Of a stretch of DNA of 64,000 nt, positions 58,244 through 64,000 are shown in pieces. Source of the stretch: Parcubacteria group bacterium. GTDB taxonomy: Bacteria; Patescibacteriota; Minisyncoccia; Phycocordibacterales; UBA2100. A program made the position numbers and the translations under genes. Location of the stretch: positions 3,559-67,558 of the forward strand of contig CALRGX010000006.1 of NCBI GenBank assembly GCA_943358385.1, given 5' to 3'. Every line of letters begins with the position of its first letter. The stretch's first letter is position 1. The notes under the pieces are model-generated. The model did not search any database and was not told the origin of the DNA. It saw only the letters and a program-made list of their open reading frames with translations.

Positions 58244-60157
58244 ATGTACATTGCTAAGCGCTACGCAAAGAACCCTATCCTTACCCCCCTCCATGAGCAT
58301 CAATGGGAGTCGGTGACGGTGTTGAACGCATCGCCAGTAATGAAGGGCAAAGAGATGCATCTTTTCTACCGCGCCATTGGAAAGCCAGATCAAATGGTTG
58401 CTCCCGGCATACTCAAGTCAATCATTGGTAAGGCGACCTCAAAGGATGGAGTAAATTTTAAAAACCGCGAAGCATTTATTGAACCTGTCGAAGAATGGGA
58501 GAAATATGGCTGTGAAGATCCTCGCGTCACTTTTTTTGAAGGCAAGTACTATATTTTTTACACCGCCCTTTCGGTCATTCCGTTTCAAGCATCTGGTATC
58601 AAAACTGCCTGCGCCATCACTGCTGACCTCAAGAAAGTAGACGAACGTCATTTGGTCACCCCTTTTAACGCAAAAGCGATGACGCTCTTTCCTGAACGGA
58701 TTGATGGCAAGGCCACACTTATATTCAGTGCCCACACTGATGAGCCACCTACAAAAATGTCTATTGCTCAAGCATTCGACATAGAGGACTTCTGGAAGCC
58801 GGCTTTTTGGGAAGAGTGGCACAAAAACATCGATGACCACAGCTTGATTTTGAACAAGTACGACGGCGACCATTGTGAAGTAGGTGCAACGCCTATCAAA
58901 ACAGAGGATGGATGGCTCCTGGTCTACTCACACATTCAAAACTACTTCGATTCGAACAAGCGACTTTTTGGGATTGAGGCGCTACTCCTGGATGCGCGCA
59001 ACCCGCAAAAAATAATCGGTCGCACCAAGAACCCAATTATTATCCCGGAAGAACCGTACGAAAAGTATGGCATCGTGTCCGACATTGCCTTCCCTTCTGG
59101 AGCCATACTTAATAAAGATGGGCGGCTTGATGTCTATTACGGTGCCGGCGACACTTATTGTGCTCGCTTTTCATTGCACTATCCAGATTTACGCGACGCC
59201 ATGCTTTCAAGCGACCTGATGCTCACTCGTGTGCCGGATGCGACCTTTGGGCCTATCGCCGAGCACTCTTGGGAGAGCCGGGCAGTTTTCAACGCCGGCT
59301 CTGTTGATATCGATGGTATCACGCACATGTTGTACCGAGCTATGTCTGCCGACAATACCTCAACTTTTGGCTATGCCGTAAGCGATGATGGTGTGCACTA
59401 CACCCGCGATGCAGAGCCTGCCTATGTGCCTCGTGCAGATTTCGAGCTGAAAAAAGGATCTCCCACAGGAAACTCTGGCTGCGAAGATCCCCGCCTCACC
59501 AGAATCGGGCACAAGATCTACATGACCTATACGGCTTATGATGGCGTTAATCCTCCGCGCGTCGCCATCACACACATCAGCAAGAAAAGCTTTCTCGAGA
59601 AAGACTGGACTGCATGGTCGCCACCTGTCCTCATCTCTCCTGCAACCATGGATGACAAAGATGCGTGCGTGCTCCCCGAAAAAATTGACGATGAGTACAT
59701 GATTCTTCATCGCATCAAAGGCCATATCTGCGCAGACTTCACGAAAGACATCACCTTTAGCAAGCACGGACTCACCCGCTGTATTGATCTATTCGGTCCT
59801 AAGGCAGGATCATGGGAAAGCGCCAAGGTAGGCATTGCTGGGCCTCCGCTTGAGACACCTGACGGCTGGCTTTTGCTGTATCACGCCGTTGATGCGCATG
59901 GATTTTATCGTCTCGGCGCCGTTTTATTGGATCGCAATGACCCCACCACTATTCTGGGACGGACCATTGACCCTATTATCGAGCCCGTTGAGGAATTTGA
60001 AAAAGTAGGAGAGATTCCCAATGTGATTTTTTCGTGCGGACAAACAGTGCGCGATGACACTCTCATCGTGCACTACGGTGGTGCTGATAAAGTAATGGGG
60101 GTTGCTACCTGCTCACTCTCTCACCTGCTTGCTATCCTAAAACCAAAAACTCTCTAA
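58244..60157 (+). CDS. Fused protein with two tandem GH130 modules.
   Basis: Residues 1-320 and 330-640 each carry the GH130 pattern (NPILTP...LFYRAIG...GCEDPR...YYGAGD, and HSWESRAVFNAG...LYRAMS...GCEDPR...VHYGGAD). The start is at MYIAKRY. Confidence 0.8.
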   Translation: MYIAKRYAKNPILTPLHEHQWESVTVLNASPVMKGKEMHLFYRAIGKPDQMVAPGILKSIIGKATSKDGVNFKNREAFIEPVEEWEKYGCEDPRVTFFEGKYYIFYTALSVIPFQASGIKTACAITADLKKVDERHLVTPFNAKAMTLFPERIDGKATLIFSAHTDEPPTKMSIAQAFDIEDFWKPAFWEEWHKNIDDHSLILNKYDGDHCEVGATPIKTEDGWLLVYSHIQNYFDSNKRLFGIEALLLDARNPQKIIGRTKNPIIIPEEPYEKYGIVSDIAFPSGAILNKDGRLDVYYGAGDTYCARFSLHYPDLRDAMLSSDLMLTRVPDATFGPIAEHSWESRAVFNAGSVDIDGITHMLYRAMSADNTSTFGYAVSDDGVHYTRDAEPAYVPRADFELKKGSPTGNSGCEDPRLTRIGHKIYMTYTAYDGVNPPRVAITHISKKSFLEKDWTAWSPPVLISPATMDDKDACVLPEKIDDEYMILHRIKGHICADFTKDITFSKHGLTRCIDLFGPKAGSWESAKVGIAGPPLETPDGWLLLYHAVDAHGFYRLGAVLLDRNDPTTILGRTIDPIIEPVEEFEKVGEIPNVIFSCGQTVRDDTLIVHYGGADKVMGVATCSLSHLLAILKPKTL

Positions 60158-60160
60158 AAC

Positions 60161-60931
60161 ATGACTCTCCCGACTGCCATTGCATTTGATAGCGACAACA
60201 CTCTGTCCATCAGCAAGCAAACCATCACCCCCGAGATGGCCGCCCTGCTTGCCCAACTGACATACAAAATTCCAACGGCAATAATTTCTGGTGCGGGCAT
60301 GCCACAGTATCTTTCGCAGATTATTTCGCTTCTCCCTGCTGAAACCTGCTACAAGAATCTATACCTTTTCCCATCTACAGGTGCAGCGTGCTTCATTTCG
60401 CGTGACTCACACTGGGATCCGCTCTATACACACACCATTCCGGAAGCGGCTGCCCTGCGCGTAATGAAGGTAGTCGAGCAAGCGCTTCTCGACACGCGTG
60501 TAATCGCCGGCGAGCCGCGCTATGGCGAGATCATAGAAAATCGAGGCGCGAGTATTGCCGTCTCGGCGCTCGGACAACACGCGCCAGTTGCTGCCAAAGA
60601 AGCATGGGACCCCGACCACAAAAAGCGCGAAGAAGTAGTTGCCATCATTCAACCTCTTCTTCCAGATTTTGAAGTGCGCATCGGTGGCATGACCACCATT
60701 GACATCACTCTTAAAGGTATCGACAAAGGCTATGCGATGAAATGGTTCTCTGAGTATTTAAATGTACCTATTACATCAATGGTCTATGTTGGCGATGCGC
60801 TATACGAAGGCGGAAATGACGCATCAGTAATCCCTACCGGCATCGCAACGTATCCTGTAGAAAATCCTACGGGCACCGAGCAGTTGATCACACAACTTTT
60901 GAGCACAACAAACGGCGCGACTCGGGGATAA
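60161..60931 (+). CDS. HAD-superfamily subfamily IIB hydrolase (phosphomannomutase / sugar-phosphate phosphatase-like).
   Basis: It has motif I AFDSDNTLS, motif II TAIISGAG, and motifs III/IV (K...VYVGDALYEGGNDASV). It starts 4 nt after the double-GH130 gene. Confidence 0.75.
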   Translation: MTLPTAIAFDSDNTLSISKQTITPEMAALLAQLTYKIPTAIISGAGMPQYLSQIISLLPAETCYKNLYLFPSTGAACFISRDSHWDPLYTHTIPEAAALRVMKVVEQALLDTRVIAGEPRYGEIIENRGASIAVSALGQHAPVAAKEAWDPDHKKREEVVAIIQPLLPDFEVRIGGMTTIDITLKGIDKGYAMKWFSEYLNVPITSMVYVGDALYEGGNDASVIPTGIATYPVENPTGTEQLITQLLSTTNGATRG

Positions 60932-60962
60932 CGGAAGAAGATTTCGCGATGTCTGACATACT

Positions 60963-62786
60963 ATGCGTATGAGTGCACCTCGGCGCCTTTTCTTTTTAAC
61001 GTTCTCTCTCGCACTCTTGTTTCCCATACAGACAGTCTTTGCCGGATGCGGAATTTCTGGCGGAGGAGACAGTTATGCTGAAGGCTCATATTATGCACAG
61101 AGCTACTATCAAAGTTACTACCAAGCGAGCTATAGTGTCTCAAACTATCAGTATTTTATAACGCCAGGTATCACCTGGTTTGCCATTCCGAACCACAATA
61201 GTCTTACCGTAAAAATTTGGGGCGCAGGAGGTTCCGGCGGTGGCGGTGGCGGTGGTGGCACGATCGGTGGTGGTGGAGGAGGCGGAGGCTATAGTGCGTA
61301 CACTTTCCCTGCTGGAACCTATACTCCAGGATCGTTAGTGAAAATAACCATAGGAGCTGGTGGTGCGCCTATTATTTGGTACTGGGGCGTGAGTACCAAC
61401 CGCCCCGGAAACCCCGGCGAAAGTAGTGCATTCGGTGCATGGAGCGCCGCAGGAGGAGGTGCGGGAGACGGTATTGCACAAGGTGGTGCGTCAGGATCAG
61501 GCGGCTGGGGAGCAACCACATACGGGTTGACGGGCGCGGGTGGCGCAGGTGGCGCAGGAGGAAATGGTGGCGCAGGAGGAGGTGCAAGCGCTGCAGGAAC
61601 GGCGCCAGGTGGAGGAGGGGGATCCTCATGGGGGGGCGGTGGTGGGGGTGCATATGGCAACGGGGCTGGGAGCACTGGTGCTGGGGCTGCGGGCCGTATT
61701 GAAATCACGTGGGCTGACGCTGTGAACCCCACGTGTAGTGTGTGGGCTGATACATCCCCTATCGCATACGGAGGCTCCACCATTCTGCGCTGGACCTCAA
61801 GCAACGCTGCAAGTTTTTACCTAAACAATGTTGGTTGGGTCAGTCCGAACACCACAGGATCAACAAGTGTGGGTCCTCTTGCAAGCACCAACTATGGCGG
61901 AACTGCATACGGAACCGGAGGTGCAGCAGATATTACCTGTGCATACACACTCACTGTCTCTGCACCTGCCAGCTGCACTTTTAACGGCAGTACCGTTAAT
62001 CATGGTGAATCGGTTACGGCATATGAAACGGCGACCGTCCCGTACGGGAACACCTGTTCTCAAGAGCCGCGCACCTGTAACAACGGGACACTCGGTGGAA
62101 CTTATACTCATACGTCATGCACTGTAGACAATCCACCTCCACTGTGCACTGTCTCTGTTTCTCCGACCAGCATCTCATCTGGGCAAAGCGCCACTCTCTC
62201 ATGGTCTTCAACATATGCAACATCCTGCACCGGTGATAATTTTTCGACTGGTGGCGCAACCTCCGGCAACACCTCGGTATCACCAACAGACACGACCACC
62301 TATACCGCATTCTGCACCGGTGTCGGCGGCACATCTCAGTGCACGGGTACCGGTGCGGGAGGCATCGGTACTGAGCTAGAATTTTCCTGTACGCCCACCT
62401 GGAGCTGTGCAGGCAACACCATAACGCACACCAACGCACTGTGCGTAGTCACCAATGAAACACTCTGTACTGCACCGTACTTTTGCTCTGCTGGCTCATC
62501 AGTGTGTCTTAACGGTACACCATCGGGTTCTTTGTCTCTCTCTCGCCGCATCGTACAAACAAACGCAACGGTACAAGTACATTGGACGACGCAAGACGCA
62601 GCATCATGCACGGTGACAGGCACCAACGGCGATTCATGGAGCACTACCTCGGGCACCCATACTTCCCGTGCCATCACAGAAAAAACCATCTACACACTTG
62701 CGTGTGATGGACTCGATAGCGACACCACTGTGGATTTCACCGAGGAAGAGACCGTGGTCACGCTACCATTCTGGAAAGAGCTATGA
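60963..62786 (+). CDS. Secreted glycine-rich-domain protein (paralog A) with a Thr/Ser/Cys-rich C-terminal region.
   Basis: A signal peptide (MRMSAPRRLFFLTFSLALLFPIQTVFAG) is followed by the motif ITPGITWFAIPNHNSLTVKIWGAGGSGGGGGGGG and long Gly tracts. The C-terminal half has many TxT/SxS beta-like repeats and paired Cys. Confidence 0.7.
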   Translation: MRMSAPRRLFFLTFSLALLFPIQTVFAGCGISGGGDSYAEGSYYAQSYYQSYYQASYSVSNYQYFITPGITWFAIPNHNSLTVKIWGAGGSGGGGGGGGTIGGGGGGGGYSAYTFPAGTYTPGSLVKITIGAGGAPIIWYWGVSTNRPGNPGESSAFGAWSAAGGGAGDGIAQGGASGSGGWGATTYGLTGAGGAGGAGGNGGAGGGASAAGTAPGGGGGSSWGGGGGGAYGNGAGSTGAGAAGRIEITWADAVNPTCSVWADTSPIAYGGSTILRWTSSNAASFYLNNVGWVSPNTTGSTSVGPLASTNYGGTAYGTGGAADITCAYTLTVSAPASCTFNGSTVNHGESVTAYETATVPYGNTCSQEPRTCNNGTLGGTYTHTSCTVDNPPPLCTVSVSPTSISSGQSATLSWSSTYATSCTGDNFSTGGATSGNTSVSPTDTTTYTAFCTGVGGTSQCTGTGAGGIGTELEFSCTPTWSCAGNTITHTNALCVVTNETLCTAPYFCSAGSSVCLNGTPSGSLSLSRRIVQTNATVQVHWTTQDAASCTVTGTNGDSWSTTSGTHTSRAITEKTIYTLACDGLDSDTTVDFTEEETVVTLPFWKEL

Positions 62787-63307
62787 CCTACATACACGAA
62801 AAAAATGTTCACTGGATCGCATTGTGTGCGCTTGTTGTCGGTATTGTAATTTTTCTTCTAACCCCACAGTACAGCGACGCCCCACAGCCTCCAGCAAAGA
62901 GTGAACCAACCATCAGTGTTGAAACAATCCGAAATGGCACCGCACCACTTCCCACTGCACCTACCGAGCGCGAAATGCAGATTCTTGCATCCAGCACTGG
63001 TTTTCAATATCTGATTTCCTTCACGGGCGACCACTTCGAACCAGCGACCACTACAATCCATCGAGGAGAAACAGTTCGCTTTACTAATAATTCCTCTGCT
63101 CCGCTCTGGCTCACAGCCGACGCACGCCAGGGTGCAACCTATCCTTCATCTGGTGGGTGCGGCGTGAGTGCTTTGGATTCGTGCGGTGCAATTCAGCCGC
63201 AGGAATTTTGGGAATTTACTTTTAGTGAATCTGGCACCTGGGGTTTGATAAATACATTTGAATCAGAGACAACCGGCACCGTCGTTGTTGAGGTCGCCGA
63301 CGAATAG
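62783..63307 (+). CDS. Membrane-anchored cupredoxin-like (plastocyanin-fold-like) protein.
   Basis: Its start overlaps the preceding stop (ATGA). It has an N-terminal TM, then FEPATTTIHRGETVRFTNNSSAPLWLTAD, which resembles the cupredoxin F-x-P...V-x-W-x-N pattern. Canonical Cu ligands are not evident. Confidence 0.5.
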   Translation: MTYIHEKNVHWIALCALVVGIVIFLLTPQYSDAPQPPAKSEPTISVETIRNGTAPLPTAPTEREMQILASSTGFQYLISFTGDHFEPATTTIHRGETVRFTNNSSAPLWLTADARQGATYPSSGGCGVSALDSCGAIQPQEFWEFTFSESGTWGLINTFESETTGTVVVEVADE

Positions 63308-63311
63308 AGGT

Positions 63312-64000
63312 ATGAAGTCCGCACAACACGGGGCACGCATATTATACTTTTGCATTGCCCTGCTCGCACTGCCGCACAATGTTTTTGCAGCAGGCTCGCA
63401 AACTTTTTCTACTGCCGGCACGCATGCATTTGTGATTCCTGCATACGGAACACTTACCGTTCAGATGTGGGGTGGCGGCGGTGCTGGTGGCGCTGCATGG
63501 GGCGGCGATGGAAGTTCGCCTCCGCTAGGTACTGGCACCAATGGCGGAAATTCTAGCTTCTCATCAGTCACCGCTGGCGGAGGAAGCGGTGGTCGTGCGT
63601 ATTGGTGGACATCATACCCACCACCGGGTGGTGCTGGCGGTACCGCATCCGGAGGCGACACTAATACAGCAGGTACTGCAGGAAACACGGGAGATCCAGA
63701 CTGGGTGAATGGGTGGACATACTACCCTGACAACATTGGATACATAGGCCGGGGTGCTACTGCTCCGGGAGGAGGAGCAGGCGGCGCCGGTGGACTTTCT
63801 GGATACTCGTATGAGTATTCCTACGCAGTAGCTGGTACTGCCCCTGGTGGTGGCGGTGGTGGCGCGTCGCAGTCCGTCTTTGGTATTGGTGGTGGAGGTG
63901 GTTCTGGCTCGTATGCACGCAAAGTATTTGCCAGTGGAGCTCTCACGCCCGGTGCGTCCATGCCGGTAATCGTCGGTGCCGGTGGCACTGGTGTCGCGGG
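63312..64000 (+). CDS. Secreted glycine-rich-domain protein (paralog B). Its 3' end is cut by the window end and it is absent from the ORF track.
   Basis: Manual translation from the ATG at 63312 gives MKSAQHGARILYFCIALLALPHNVFAAGSQTFSTAGTHAFVIPAYGTLTVQMWGGGGAGGAAWGG..., the same motif family as 60963..62786. The frame stays open to the window end. Confidence 0.7.
   Translation, partial: MKSAQHGARILYFCIALLALPHNVFAAGSQTFSTAGTHAFVIPAYGTLTVQMWGGGGAGGAAWGGDGSSPPLGTGTNGGNSSFSSVTAGGGSGGRAYWWTSYPPPGGAGGTASGGDTNTAGTAGNTGDPDWVNGWTYYPDNIGYIGRGATAPGGGAGGAGGLSGYSYEYSYAVAGTAPGGGGGGASQSVFGIGGGGGSGSYARKVFASGALTPGASMPVIVGAGGTGVA

Noticed and set aside
61319-61804. Pro-rich 161-aa ORF on the minus strand (also 62014..62439 and 62336..62689)
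   Set aside because: These are reverse-complement readings of the GGN-rich glycine tracts of the plus-strand gene 60963..62786. The plus-strand gene has a signal peptide, a conserved paralog and a coupled downstream gene.
1-64000. CRISPR arrays, rRNA genes, transposases or integrases
   Set aside because: No regularly spaced direct repeats with unique spacers were seen. No rRNA-like conserved stretches were seen. No ORF had recombinase (tyrosine R..H..R..Y or serine), DDE or HUH transposase signatures. The only repeat families found are the 19-bp tRNA-derived direct repeat, the 21-bp palindrome trio and the GGCGCC hairpins.

Overview
This is a bacterial chromosomal window of roughly 50-55% GC, dense with housekeeping genes in short operons on both strands. 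Confidently recognised genes include nucleotide-excision repair (uvrA, uvrB, a short uvrC), cell wall (ddl, murB, glmS), translation (tyrS, typA/bipA, obg, rlmB, an RlmI-like methyltransferase, a YbaK/ProX deacylase, a DEAD-box helicase), a CPA2 antiporter, an FKBP PPIase, an ECF sigma factor with a DUF5667-like partner, two DedA paralogs, two histidine-phosphatase paralogs and an ADP-ribosylglycohydrolase. There is a single tRNA, tRNA-Ala(UGC), on the minus strand at 8368..8442. The most notable accessory content is: (i) a ~2.9 kb segment downstream of tRNA-Ala, bounded by an exact 19-bp direct repeat of the tRNA 3' end, carrying one AT-richer gene for a HEAT-repeat protein with a C-terminal atypical kinase-like domain and a ~600-bp hairpin-dense non-coding stretch, with no integrase; (ii) three tandem paralogous PaaK/F390-synthetase-family adenylate-forming enzymes co-oriented with a DedA membrane protein, the first of which is cut by the window start and absent from the ORF track; (iii) a small cysteine-rich secreted peptide gene flanked by three copies of a 21-bp palindromic repeat, two of which form a MITE-like inverted pair; (iv) a candidate orphan small RNA with a near-consensus sigma70 promoter and an intrinsic terminator in the 33.1-33.3 kb intergenic region; (v) a cupin + GH130 + fused double-GH130 + HAD-IIB phosphatase cluster; (vi) two tandem glycine-rich secreted paralogs separated by a cupredoxin-like membrane protein at the window end. 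No rRNA, CRISPR array or recognisable transposase or integrase was found. All calls rest on reading the sequence and the ORF translations, since no database search could be run. The organism is unknown. Features such as a UvrC lacking its C-terminal HhH domain, a DUF5667-like partner after the ECF sigma factor and giant glycine-rich secreted proteins are compatible with an uncultivated small-genome lineage such as Patescibacteria, but that is inference only.
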